A stretch of DNA of 38,781 nucleotides, taken from Myxococcales bacterium. Lineage in GTDB: Bacteria > Myxococcota_A > Polyangia > Polyangiales > Polyangiaceae. The notes beneath the pieces are model-generated. The model saw only the letters and a list, made by a program, of their open reading frames with translations. It made no database searches and was not told where the DNA came from. The stretch covers positions 1-38,781 of the forward strand of contig JAYTOU010000082.1 of NCBI GenBank assembly GCA_043747615.1, given 5' to 3'. The position numbers and the translations under genes are program-made. Shown here in pieces: positions 10,498-19,594 of the stretch (within the stretch, counting starts at the first letter, position 1; each line of letters opens with the position of its first letter).

Positions 10498-11672
10498 GCC
10501 GCAAAAGCGTCGATCGCCACTCGCAGGCGCGCGATTCCCTCGAGCATTCGCGGCATAGGGACGCTCGTGAAGCACAGACGCGCAAACGCGGCGGTGCTCT
10601 TTCCGAAGGCTTCCCCCGGCGCGACGAGAACGCCGGCCTCGACCGCGCCTTTCAAGAGATCGGTCAGGGGTGCGCCCTTCAGCACGCCGGAGAAATCGAG
10701 AAACAGATAGGTGCCTCCTTCTGGGCAACGAACCTTCAGGCCACTGCCTTCGAGCGCAGCCAGCGCAGCGTCGCGGGAGGCCCGGTACTCGGCGCGCGCC
10801 GTCGCGATCCAGGAGCTGCCCGACCCGAGCGCGGAGAGCGCCGCCCGCTGCATCGCCACCGGGACGTTGAAGACCGTGTGCGTAGACACGCGCCGCGCAG
10901 CCAAAATCACGGCCTCTGGCGCCACGACGAAGCCCACACGGGCGCCCGCGAGCGCGTGGCTTTTCGAGAACGAGTACGCAGAAATCGTTCGGTCTTTCAT
11001 GCCGGGTAACGACGCGATCGAAACGTGGGGCTGGTCGTACGTGTAATCTGCATACACTTCGTCTGCGATCACCCAAAGGTTCTTCTCGCAGGCGAAGGCC
11101 GCGATCTGCTCAAGGTGCGCCCTCGAGAGCACCTTGCCGTCGGGGTTGTTCGGGGTGATCACGTAGATCGCCCGCGTGCGGGGCGTGAGCACACGCCGAA
11201 AGAGCTCGCCTGCATCGGCTTTCGGATCTCGATAAAGCTCCTGCGTGAGCGGAGCTTCGACGGGTACGGCGCCGCACATGCTGAGGATCCCGTGCGCGAG
11301 CGGCCAGAAAGGAGCGGCGAGAAGAACGTCGTCTCCTTCGTTCAAGATGGATCGCGCGGCGCAGAAGAGCGCGTGCGTAGCTCCGACACCGACGTGCACA
11401 TGAGACGCTGGATCGAGTGAGGGAAAAGCGAAACCGCGCGCCATGATGCTCTCGGCGATCGCGCTTCGCAGCTCAGTGAGGCCCATCGTTGCGCCGTACG
11501 ACGAGAGCGCGAGGTGTCCGGAGGCAAGCGTCGGTGGCTCGAGGCACGTGTCCCCGATGTGGAGCGGAATGAGGTCACCGCCGCGCGCGGCCACGGCGTC
11601 GATGTGCCGCTGGAGCTCGGAGAAGACACCGGGCCGAACCGCAGCCGCAACGCGCGAGAGCGACGGCGTCAC
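10494..11672 (-). CDS. PLP-dependent aminotransferase class I/II
   Basis: TPNNPDG, IADEVY, SFSKSHALAGARVG (PLP lysine) and ARLCF. Confidence 0.9.
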   Translation of the reverse strand: MTPSLSRVAAAVRPGVFSELQRHIDAVAARGGDLIPLHIGDTCLEPPTLASGHLALSSYGATMGLTELRSAIAESIMARGFAFPSLDPASHVHVGVGATHALFCAARSILNEGDDVLLAAPFWPLAHGILSMCGAVPVEAPLTQELYRDPKADAGELFRRVLTPRTRAIYVITPNNPDGKVLSRAHLEQIAAFACEKNLWVIADEVYADYTYDQPHVSIASLPGMKDRTISAYSFSKSHALAGARVGFVVAPEAVILAARRVSTHTVFNVPVAMQRAALSALGSGSSWIATARAEYRASRDAALAALEGSGLKVRCPEGGTYLFLDFSGVLKGAPLTDLLKGAVEAGVLVAPGEAFGKSTAAFARLCFTSVPMPRMLEGIARLRVAIDAFAA

Positions 11673-12595
11673 GTTGCAGCCTTACCGAGACCGCGCGGCG
11701 GCTTTCCCGTATCCCCCCCACGGCGCATCACCGCGAACAGAGCGAGAAGCGTGACCACGTACGGGAGCATCTGCACGAGGTCCGTCGGCACGCGCGCCTG
11801 CCCCTGAAGCACGATCTGCAGCGCGTCGAGGGCAGCAAAGAGGAGACACGCGAACACCGCACGCAGCGGGCGCCATCCGCCGAGGATGACGGCGGCGAGG
11901 GCGATGAAGCCGCGTCCTCCGCTCATTCCCGACTGAAACTGGTGTTGATCGTAGGCGAGGGCGACGCCGCCGATCCCGCAGATGGCGCCACCGAGCATGA
12001 CCGACAAGATGCGGACTCGATTGACTGCGATCCCCACGCTTGCTGCGGCCACCGGCTCTTCGCCCGACGCGCGCACCCGGAGACCAAAGCGCGTCTTGTA
12101 CATCACGTACCCGGTTGCGAGGCCGAGCAGGACGGTGATGAGCGAGAGAGGATCGGCGAGCGTGCGGCCGAGGAGCATCACGCCGGACGAACCGTCGAGG
12201 GAGTGGGTGCGGAAACCTTCGATGGCTGGAGAGTTGGAGCTCGAGTCGTACACGGCACGGAGGACGAAGCGCGTGCCGCCCGCGGCCATCAGGTTCAGTG
12301 CGATGCCGCTGACGATGGCGTCGACCTCGCCGACCACCACCAGCACGGCGTGGACGCCCGCAAGGAAGGCTCCGCACCCGACTCCGGCAGCGACGCCGAT
12401 CCAGGGACTGCCCGTCGCATGATGAGCGATCACGGCTGCGAGCCCGCTGGATAAAAGAAGCCCTTCGAGCGCGATGTTGATGACCCCGCTCTTCTCGCTC
12501 CATACGCCGCCGAGCGCCGCGCACGCGTACGGAACGGTCGTGCGCAGCGTCTGGGCGAGCATCGTCGCGGAGAAGATGGCGAAGAAGAAGGTCAT
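11669..12595 (-). CDS. ABC transporter permease (nucleoside/simple-sugar CUT2 type)
   Basis: SEKSGVINIALEG, KTRFGLRVRASGE, GRGFIALAAVILGGWRP and MLPYVVTL. Confidence 0.9.
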   Translation of the reverse strand: MTFFFAIFSATMLAQTLRTTVPYACAALGGVWSEKSGVINIALEGLLLSSGLAAVIAHHATGSPWIGVAAGVGCGAFLAGVHAVLVVVGEVDAIVSGIALNLMAAGGTRFVLRAVYDSSSNSPAIEGFRTHSLDGSSGVMLLGRTLADPLSLITVLLGLATGYVMYKTRFGLRVRASGEEPVAAASVGIAVNRVRILSVMLGGAICGIGGVALAYDQHQFQSGMSGGRGFIALAAVILGGWRPLRAVFACLLFAALDALQIVLQGQARVPTDLVQMLPYVVTLLALFAVMRRGGDTGKPPRGLGKAAT

Positions 12596-13668
12596 GCCGG
12601 CTTGCTCTTGGGCTGCGACAAGGCAGCCACTGCGCCCACCGAGCGCGCGAGGGCCGCGCGAATCTTCGTATCGGCGAGCGCCACGGAGACGATGACCACC
12701 GCCTGGACGATGTCCATCATCTCCATCGGGACGTGCGCGTTCAGCGCGAGACCGCCCTGGGCCAGCGTCCCGAAGAGAAGCGCCGCTAGCATGAGGCCGA
12801 GCGGATTGCCGCGGCCGAGGAGCGCGACGGCCAGACCGCCGAACCCCGCACCCGCGCCGAGGCCTGCCTCGTAATACCCTTTGTATCCGAGCACCGTGCC
12901 ACTGCTCGCGAGGGCAGCGATCCCTCCGGAAAGCATCATCGCGGCAATGATCCGGCGCGCGACGGGAATACGCTCCGCCGCGCAGGCCGCGGGGTTATGC
13001 CCAACCTGGCCTATTTCTCGGCCGATCCTGGTTGTTTTTTCGGCGATGGTGATCGCGATCGCTACACCGATGGCAAGGAGGAGAGCGACGCTCGCCGCGC
13101 TCCCGCGAAGAGCGTGAACGAAATGGTCGAGACGCGGAAGGTGCGCAGAGATGCGGATGTCGGGCGTGCGAACCGTGCCAGCCTTGGCAAGTCCGTAGGC
13201 GAACGCGAGGCCGACCACCGCGTCTGCGATGCGGTTCATCATGATGGTGGAGATGACTTCGTGGGCACCGTAGCGAGCGCGGAGGAGCGCCGGGATCGCC
13301 GCCCACAAGCTTCCTGCCACCATCGCCGCGACGAGCACGATCGGTACCGCGAACATCGGACGGAGCTCAGGAGAGAGGTGCGCGCCGACTGTGGCTACGG
13401 CGAGACTGCCGATGGTGATCTGCCCCTCGGCGCCGATGTTGAAGAGGCCACCGCGGAGCGCAAGATGGAACGCGACGCCCGAAAAAAGCAGCGGGGTAGC
13501 CTTAAAGAGCACCTGCCCTACTCCGTAGCCGGTGCCCCACGTCCCTTCGAAAAGAAGACGGACGAGCTCGCGCGGCGACTCCCCGTAGGCAAAAACGAGG
13601 ACGTCGAAGGCGATCCACGCGGCGGCGAGGCCAGCGATCGTCGCCAGGAGATTGGCGCGGCTTTTCAT
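12592..13668 (-). CDS. ABC transporter permease (nucleoside/simple-sugar CUT2 type)
   Basis: ATPLLFSG, GLFNIGAEGQ, GAHEVISTIMMN and GFGGLAVALLGRGNP. Confidence 0.9.
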   Translation of the reverse strand: MKSRANLLATIAGLAAAWIAFDVLVFAYGESPRELVRLLFEGTWGTGYGVGQVLFKATPLLFSGVAFHLALRGGLFNIGAEGQITIGSLAVATVGAHLSPELRPMFAVPIVLVAAMVAGSLWAAIPALLRARYGAHEVISTIMMNRIADAVVGLAFAYGLAKAGTVRTPDIRISAHLPRLDHFVHALRGSAASVALLLAIGVAIAITIAEKTTRIGREIGQVGHNPAACAAERIPVARRIIAAMMLSGGIAALASSGTVLGYKGYYEAGLGAGAGFGGLAVALLGRGNPLGLMLAALLFGTLAQGGLALNAHVPMEMMDIVQAVVIVSVALADTKIRAALARSVGAVAALSQPKSKPA

Positions 13669-15206
13669 CCTACGGCGACCTCGATCGGGTGCTCTGCCTC
13701 CGGCGCATCGACGCCGCGGCCGAGCATGCGCTCGCCAATCTCCGCGTCAGACGCGGTGCTGGCGAGCTCGGCCACGATGCAACCATCGGCGATGACCAAG
13801 AGGCGATCGCAGAGGGTGCGGAGCTCCTGAAGATCTGAGCTGATGACCAGCACGGCGATTCGCTTGCGCACGGCGGCATCCGAGATGAGCTGGTGGATGG
13901 TGCGGCTTGCTCCGAGATCCACGCCGCGCGTCGGATGCGCGAGGACGAGCGCGGAGGCTCCTCCTTCGACCCGACCGATGGCGCGCGCCACCACGATTTT
14001 TTGCTGATTCCCCCCGGAGAGCGTGACGACGGCGCGATCCAAGTCGCGCGGCTCGACGCGTACTTTGTCGCGGCGCGATTCCGCCTCGCGTTCGATCTTG
14101 CCACCCCGCAGAAACCCGAAGACCGAGAAGCGCGCGAGCTCGCCGAGGACGAGGTTGTCGCGAACGGACGCGGCGAGGACCAGCCCCTCGGCATGGCGAT
14201 CCTCGTGCACCACTGCGGCGCGGTCGCTCGCCTTGTCCTTGCCGCCCTTCGTTTGCACCCAGATCAAGCCATCGTCGGGCCGATCGAGGCCTGCGATCAG
14301 CCGCACGAGCTCGCGTTGCCCATTGCCTTCGATGCCAGCGAGGCCGACCACTTCGCCGGCGCGCACCTCGAAGGACACTCCGCGGAGGGCGCGTCCGAAC
14401 GTCACTTTTTTCACGACGAGAGCCGGGCTGCCGAGGACCGTGTGCAGGCGCTCCGCGGGTGCCGGCGGGTCTTCGCCCATGATGGACCCTGCGAGGCGAC
14501 GGTATTCGCCTTGTCTTGCGAGGTCGCCGCGCCCGAGGGAGCGCGTCTCGACGTGCACCCCTCTTCGCATCACGGTGATGGTGTCGGCGTGCTCGACCAC
14601 TTCGTCGAGCTTGTGGGTGACCACGACCACCGCCCGTCCCGACGACGCCAAGCGGCGGAGGATCGCGTAGAGCGCCTTCGCTTCGTGCGCGGTGAGGACG
14701 GCGGTCGGCTCGTCAAAAATCAGCACGCGGGCGTTGCGGTAAAGGACGCGCGCGATCTCGAGGCGCTGGCGATCGCCCACGCCGAGGGTGCTCACGTCGG
14801 CATCGAGAGAAAAGGTGAGCCCGAGCTCCAAGGCGACCTTGGCGGCTCGAATGCGCCCCTTGGCGAGATCCAGCTGTCCGAAAACGCCGGTTGGCTCTGC
14901 CCCGAGGACGATGTTCTCGAGAGCGGTGAAAACGCCCACGAGCGCGAAATGTTGCTGGACCATGCCGACCCCACGACGGATGGCGGCGGCCGCCGTATGA
15001 GGTCGGAGGGGCTTGCCCTCGATCTGCACTTCTCCGGCGTCCGGGGTGAGGATTCCGGCGGCGATCTTCAGAAGCGTACTTTTTCCCGCGCCGTTCTCGC
15101 CGACCACCGCGTGGATCTCACCGGTGTCGAAGGTGACGTTCACGTTGCGCACGGCGGCGATCTCACCGAAACGCTTCTCGATATTGAGGAGACGGAGGGC
15201 CTGCAC
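13665..15206 (-). CDS. ABC transporter ATP-binding protein (CUT2, two ABC modules)
   Basis: GENGAGKST, IFDEPTAVL, VTHKLDEV, and a second module with LSGGNQQK and HPTRGVD. Start placed at GTG 15206; 15257 is an alternative. Confidence 0.9.
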   Translation of the reverse strand: MQALRLLNIEKRFGEIAAVRNVNVTFDTGEIHAVVGENGAGKSTLLKIAAGILTPDAGEVQIEGKPLRPHTAAAAIRRGVGMVQQHFALVGVFTALENIVLGAEPTGVFGQLDLAKGRIRAAKVALELGLTFSLDADVSTLGVGDRQRLEIARVLYRNARVLIFDEPTAVLTAHEAKALYAILRRLASSGRAVVVVTHKLDEVVEHADTITVMRRGVHVETRSLGRGDLARQGEYRRLAGSIMGEDPPAPAERLHTVLGSPALVVKKVTFGRALRGVSFEVRAGEVVGLAGIEGNGQRELVRLIAGLDRPDDGLIWVQTKGGKDKASDRAAVVHEDRHAEGLVLAASVRDNLVLGELARFSVFGFLRGGKIEREAESRRDKVRVEPRDLDRAVVTLSGGNQQKIVVARAIGRVEGGASALVLAHPTRGVDLGASRTIHQLISDAAVRKRIAVLVISSDLQELRTLCDRLLVIADGCIVAELASTASDAEIGERMLGRGVDAPEAEHPIEVAVG

Positions 15207-15274
15207 GGGACGCGAACGGTACACCGTCTCCAGAGGTTGCGTCGACGGGCAAACCACGGCATGGGAAGCGTGGA

Positions 15275-15478
15275 ATGGATCCCAAAACGCATAAGCGCTT
15301 CCTGGATTACCGAGAGAAATTCACCTATTTCGGGCGAGGCGAGATGGTCCAGCTGAATGCTGCGGACTTCACGGCGGCGGACACGGAGTACCGCGCGCTC
15401 GACGCCAAGGCCGTCGGTCGGGACGACGAAGAAGAGGCGCGGTTCGAGTACTTGATCGAGCTCCTTCTTCGCGACTAG
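15275..15478 (+). CDS. Small acidic hypothetical protein (67 aa)
   Basis: ATG start, fills the gap between the ABC ATPase gene and ddl, protein-like composition and GC-rich third codon positions. Confidence 0.6.
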   Translation: MDPKTHKRFLDYREKFTYFGRGEMVQLNAADFTAADTEYRALDAKAVGRDDEEEARFEYLIELLLRD

Positions 15479-15499
15479 GTCTCCCCAAGCTCGACTAGG

Positions 15500-16495
15500 T
15501 CAACCGACGGCGCGCAGGGCGGTGAGGATCTCGACCTGGGAGGTCTGAGGGGCGCGCAGCCTGGGAATTCCTGCGTGCAGAGCGGCACCTTCGAGGATCG
15601 CCTCGCACAGCGTCCCGTAGTCCATGCCCGCAGCTTGCGCGATCTTCGGAAGGAGTGAGGTCGGCGTGAGGCCGGGGAGCGTGTTTACTTCGAGGACGTA
15701 CTCGTTCTCGCCCTCGGTCACGAGGAGATCGACCCGGCATGCGCCGCCGCATCCGAGAGCCCTGGCGGCACGCTCGGCGAGGTTCATCACTCCACGCGCG
15801 CGCGTGGCAGCAAGGCGAGGCGGGCAGATGTACTCCGTCGCGCCTGGCGTGTACTTCGAGGCGAAATCGTAAATTCCGCTTTTGGGGACGACTTCGATCG
15901 AACCGAGCACGCGTCCGTCGAGGACACCAACGTGAACTTCCATGGCCTTCACGAAGCGTTCGACGAGGACGAATCCGTCGTGGACGAGCGCGTCTTCGAT
16001 GGCCACTGCGAGCTCACTGAGGTTGTTGGCCTTGGCCATCCCCACCGACGAGCCTTCGCTCCTCGGCTTCACGATCGCAGGGAAACCGAAGCTCCCGTGG
16101 AGCTCCTCGAGATCCGCAAGTGAGGCGCGGGTCGCCGTGTAGTACGGCGGCGTCGGCACGTTGTGCAGACGGAACATTTCTTTTGCTTTGACCTTGTCCA
16201 TCGCCAGCGCCGAGGCGAGCACGCTGGATCCGGTGTACGGAATTCCCATCAGCTCGAGGAGACCTTGCACGCAGCCGTCTTCCCCACCGCGACCGTGGAG
16301 CGCGAGGAACGCGACATCGACGCTGGCGGCGCGCAGGAGCTCGTCCACCCCTGGGGTCTCCGGTCCAAAGGCGATGCGGACGACATCGTGGCCGCGGGCT
16401 TCGAGAGCGGTAGCGACGCCCTCGCCGGTTCGTAGCGACACGTCTCGCTCTGCGCTCAAGCCGCCCATCAAGACACCCACGCGACGATTGGTCAT
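15500..16495 (-). CDS. ddl: D-alanine--D-alanine ligase
   Basis: VLMGGLSAERDVSL, LHGRGGEDG, IPYTGS, AMDK, VKPRSEGSSVG, YDFASKY and EVNTLPGLT. ATG 16495 is preceded by GAGGTAAGGGT. Confidence 0.93.
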   Translation of the reverse strand: MTNRRVGVLMGGLSAERDVSLRTGEGVATALEARGHDVVRIAFGPETPGVDELLRAASVDVAFLALHGRGGEDGCVQGLLELMGIPYTGSSVLASALAMDKVKAKEMFRLHNVPTPPYYTATRASLADLEELHGSFGFPAIVKPRSEGSSVGMAKANNLSELAVAIEDALVHDGFVLVERFVKAMEVHVGVLDGRVLGSIEVVPKSGIYDFASKYTPGATEYICPPRLAATRARGVMNLAERAARALGCGGACRVDLLVTEGENEYVLEVNTLPGLTPTSLLPKIAQAAGMDYGTLCEAILEGAALHAGIPRLRAPQTSQVEILTALRAVG

Positions 16496-16650
16496 ACCCT
16501 TACCTCGTTGCAGATGGCGAGCCGGTGCGCGGCAAGCCTGTATTTCAGCCGGATCGTGAGCGAATGTGGGATGCAGCGTGTCCGTCCCGCCACGGACCTG
16601 ATGCCTCCCGCACACGAGCACGTAACAAGTTCTCGAAGCGCGGGTCAACT

Positions 16651-16710
16651 TTCAGCGCGCTCAAACGCCGCGCGGGCTTCAGCGCGCTCAAACGCCGCGC
16701 GGGCTTCAGC
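16651..16710. repeat. 27-bp intergenic tandem repeat, 2.2 copies
   Basis: TTCAGCGCGCTCAAACGCCGCGCGGGC at 16651-16677 and 16678-16704, then a partial TTCAGC abutting the PP2C stop codon. Confidence 0.9.
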
Positions 16711-17544
16711 CTAACGGTCGATTTCGACGAGCAGAGCGGTGATGTTGTCTTTGCCGCCGCGCTGGTTGGCGAGATCGATGAAGGTCTTCACAGCCGTCTG
16801 GCCGCCGAGCTTCACGATCGGGACGACGTCCGGGTCCCTCAGGTATCCGTGGAGCCCGTCGCTGCAGAGGAGAAAGCGGTCCCCCGAGGCGAGGCCCAGG
16901 ATGCGGGTGTCGACTTCCACGTAGTCTCGATTTCCGACCGCGCGGGTGATGACGTTCTTGTGCGGAGAGACCGACGCTTCTTGCTCGGTGATCAGGCCCT
17001 GTTTGAGCTGCCATGCGATGAGCGTGTGGTCCTCGGTGATCTGCTCCGCTTTGTCTGCAGAGATCCGGTAGACGCGGCTGTCGCCGACCTGCGCGGTGAC
17101 CGCGTAGTCGCCCGAGACGATCATTGCGCTGATCGTCGTTCCCATCCCCGACTTGCCGTGATCGAGCTCGGCCATCGAAAAGACCATGTACGTCGCGGCT
17201 TGCACGGCGCTCTCCATGAGCCGGCAGGCAGCGCGCGCAGCTTCGTCGGTGATCGGCTCGTCGAGCGGTTTTAGATCGCGCATCCCGCGCTTGACCATGC
17301 CGTAGATCGTCTCCACGGCTTCCTGGCTCGCGACTTCCCCCGCGGCGTGACCGCCCATGCCGTCGGCGACGACGTAGAGGCCGAGCGCGTCGTCCATGAA
17401 GAACGCATCTTCGTTTGTCTTCCGCTTCCGACCGAGATCAGAGAGGCCGAAGCCCCCGTGGGTGAGTGGCGAAGTGAGGCTCCCATCGCGCCCGCGCGGG
17501 CGTTGGGCTGGGATACCCATTCGAGAAGCTTTTCGAGACGTCAT
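16711..17544 (-). CDS. PP2C/PPM-family Ser/Thr protein phosphatase (Stp1/PrpC type)
   Basis: GRKRKTNED, VADGMGGHAAGEVAS, GMGTT, VGDSRVY, ITRAVG, LLCSDGL and GGKDNITA. Confidence 0.93.
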   Translation of the reverse strand: MTSRKASRMGIPAQRPRGRDGSLTSPLTHGGFGLSDLGRKRKTNEDAFFMDDALGLYVVADGMGGHAAGEVASQEAVETIYGMVKRGMRDLKPLDEPITDEAARAACRLMESAVQAATYMVFSMAELDHGKSGMGTTISAMIVSGDYAVTAQVGDSRVYRISADKAEQITEDHTLIAWQLKQGLITEQEASVSPHKNVITRAVGNRDYVEVDTRILGLASGDRFLLCSDGLHGYLRDPDVVPIVKLGGQTAVKTFIDLANQRGGKDNITALLVEIDR

Positions 17545-17599
17545 GATGAAGAGCGAAATCAGTATAGACCCCGCGCGCAGGTTGACTAGCCTCGCGATC

Positions 17600-19588
17600 G
17601 TGGCCCGCTCTCAAACCGTCTTTCGAGCCCTCCGAGGAAACGACAAAGCGCGCTTGGGAGGCGCCGATATCGTCCTCGCCGTTCTCGTCATTTCAGTGGT
17701 GGCGATGATGATCGTGCCGCTGCCGACGTGGCTGCTCGACATTCTTCTTGCGACCAACCTGTCGCTCTCGGTCGCCATTCTGCTGGTGGTCCTTTACGTC
17801 CCCGACGCGTTGGCCATCGCCACCTTCCCGACCGTGCTTCTCCTCACCACCCTTTTTCGTCTCGCGCTGAACGTGTCCTCGTCGCGCCTGATTCTCCTCC
17901 AGGCGAACGCCGGAGAGGTCATTCGCGCGTTTGGGCAGTTCGTGGTGCGGGGCAACTATGTGGTGGGCGCCGTCGTCTTCTTGATCCTCACGGTGATCCA
18001 GTTCGTGGTGATTGCCAAAGGCTCGGAGCGGGTGGCGGAGGTGAGCGCGCGCTTCGTTCTCGACGCCATGCCCGGCAAGCAAATGGCGATCGACGCCGAG
18101 CTCCGCAGCGGCACCATCGACGGAAACGAAGCCCGGCGTCGCCGGCGCTCCCTCTCACGCGAAAGCCAATTTTACGGGTCAATGGACGGCGCGATGAAGT
18201 TCGTGAAGGGCGACGTGATCGCTTCGCTCGTCATCACGATCATCAACATCCTCGGCGGTCTCGCGATCGGCGTGGGCCAGCGCGGGATGCCCGCGGTCGA
18301 GGCCCTCAAGCGCTACGGGCTCCTCACGATCGGCGACGGTCTCGTCTCCCAAATTCCGGCTCTCATTCTCTCCGTTGGCGCAGGCGTGCTCGTGACGCGG
18401 ACCGCGAGCGAGGAGCCCGATACCCCGCTCGGCGAGGAGCTCTCGAGGCAGCTCTTCGGAACACCAAAGGCGCTCAAGGTCGCGAGTGTGTTCGTGCTCC
18501 TTCTCGCCATCGTCCCCGGGCTTCCGGCGGCGCCGTTCTTCGTCATCGGGGCTGCCCTCTTCTTCATTGCCCGCGCTCGCACGAGAACCCTCTCGCTCGA
18601 GGATCACAGGGTTGCGACCGAGCCCGCCGCGCAGACGAGCACGCGCAAAGGGCCACAGTTCCTGCCGATGGTCGTCCCCTGGAGCGTGGAGGCGAGCGAG
18701 GACCTGGAGGCCGCGCTCGAGGACGGCAGCACGCCGAGCGGAGAAGAAGAGCTCGGGCTCCGTTCCCAGGTGATGGCCCTGCGCGAGCAGATCTTCGGCG
18801 AGCTCGGAGTGCCGCTTCCCTCCCCGCGGGTTCGTGTGAATCCAACACTACCGCCGCGACACGTGGTCGTATCTCTCCACGAGGTGCCGGCGCGCGCCCT
18901 CATCGTGCCTCCCGAGCTCTCGGACTTCGAAGCGGCGACGTACGTGGCGACGGAGGCGGCGATTCTCCTCCGCGCGCGCGCCTCCGATTTTTTAGGCCTG
19001 GGAGAGACACAGCGCCTCCTCGACGAGCTCGAGCAGTTCGCGCCCGCCACCGTGCGAAACGTAGTGCCAAAGCCGGTGTCGCTTGCCCTTCTCGCCGACG
19101 TGCTGCGACGTCTCGTGGAAGAGAAGGTGGCCATCCGCGACCTACGTGCCGTGCTTGAAGCGCTCTCGAGCGTGGCGGCGACGGAAAAAGATCCCCTTCA
19201 CCTGGCAGAGTACGTGCGCGCCCAGCTGCGGCGGGCCATCACCTTCAAGCTCACGCTCGGAGCGCCCAATCTCGGTGTTTTCCTGCTCGATCCGATCATC
19301 GAAGACACGATCCGGCGGGCGATCACTCGAACGCCGAACGGCGCATTCCTCTCACTGCCACCGGCCGCTTCGCGCGACGTCATCGCCGCGATCCGCCGCG
19401 CGATCCTCGAGGGCGGAGAAGGGGCGAACGCGCTTCCGGTGATCCTCACCCAGCCCGACATCCGGCGCTTCGTGCGCAAGCTCATCGACGCCGAGATTCC
19501 AGAGATCACCGTGGTGAGCTTCGCCGAGCTGCTGCCGGAGGTGGCGTTGAGGCCGATGGCCCGCGCGCATCTGGGCGGTCTGGGCTAG
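17600..19588 (+). CDS. sctV: Type III secretion export-gate protein, FHIPEP family (SctV/FlhA; closer to SctV)
   Basis: MMIVPLP, FPTVLLLTTLFRLALNVSSSRLIL, KGSERVAEVSARFVLDAMPGKQMAID, FYGSMDGAMKFVKGD, TIGDGLVSQIP, and C-terminal EYVR and DIRRFVRKLI. Start placed at GTG 17600. Confidence 0.9.
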   Translation: MARSQTVFRALRGNDKARLGGADIVLAVLVISVVAMMIVPLPTWLLDILLATNLSLSVAILLVVLYVPDALAIATFPTVLLLTTLFRLALNVSSSRLILLQANAGEVIRAFGQFVVRGNYVVGAVVFLILTVIQFVVIAKGSERVAEVSARFVLDAMPGKQMAIDAELRSGTIDGNEARRRRRSLSRESQFYGSMDGAMKFVKGDVIASLVITIINILGGLAIGVGQRGMPAVEALKRYGLLTIGDGLVSQIPALILSVGAGVLVTRTASEEPDTPLGEELSRQLFGTPKALKVASVFVLLLAIVPGLPAAPFFVIGAALFFIARARTRTLSLEDHRVATEPAAQTSTRKGPQFLPMVVPWSVEASEDLEAALEDGSTPSGEEELGLRSQVMALREQIFGELGVPLPSPRVRVNPTLPPRHVVVSLHEVPARALIVPPELSDFEAATYVATEAAILLRARASDFLGLGETQRLLDELEQFAPATVRNVVPKPVSLALLADVLRRLVEEKVAIRDLRAVLEALSSVAATEKDPLHLAEYVRAQLRRAITFKLTLGAPNLGVFLLDPIIEDTIRRAITRTPNGAFLSLPPAASRDVIAAIRRAILEGGEGANALPVILTQPDIRRFVRKLIDAEIPEITVVSFAELLPEVALRPMARAHLGGLG

Positions 19589-19594
19589 ACCGAC

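Noticed and set aside
15500..16495. ddl as a Van-type D-Ala-D-Lac ligase
   Set aside because: The omega loop YDFASKY keeps the terminal Tyr typical of D-Ala-D-Ala ligases, and there is no vanH/vanX context.
16651..16710. 27-bp repeats as a CRISPR array
   Set aside because: The copies are directly adjacent with no spacers, and no cas genes are present.
17600..19588. Flagellar locus
   Set aside because: No other flagellar gene is present, and the C-terminal motifs (EYVR, DIRRFVRKLI) look more like SctV than FlhA.
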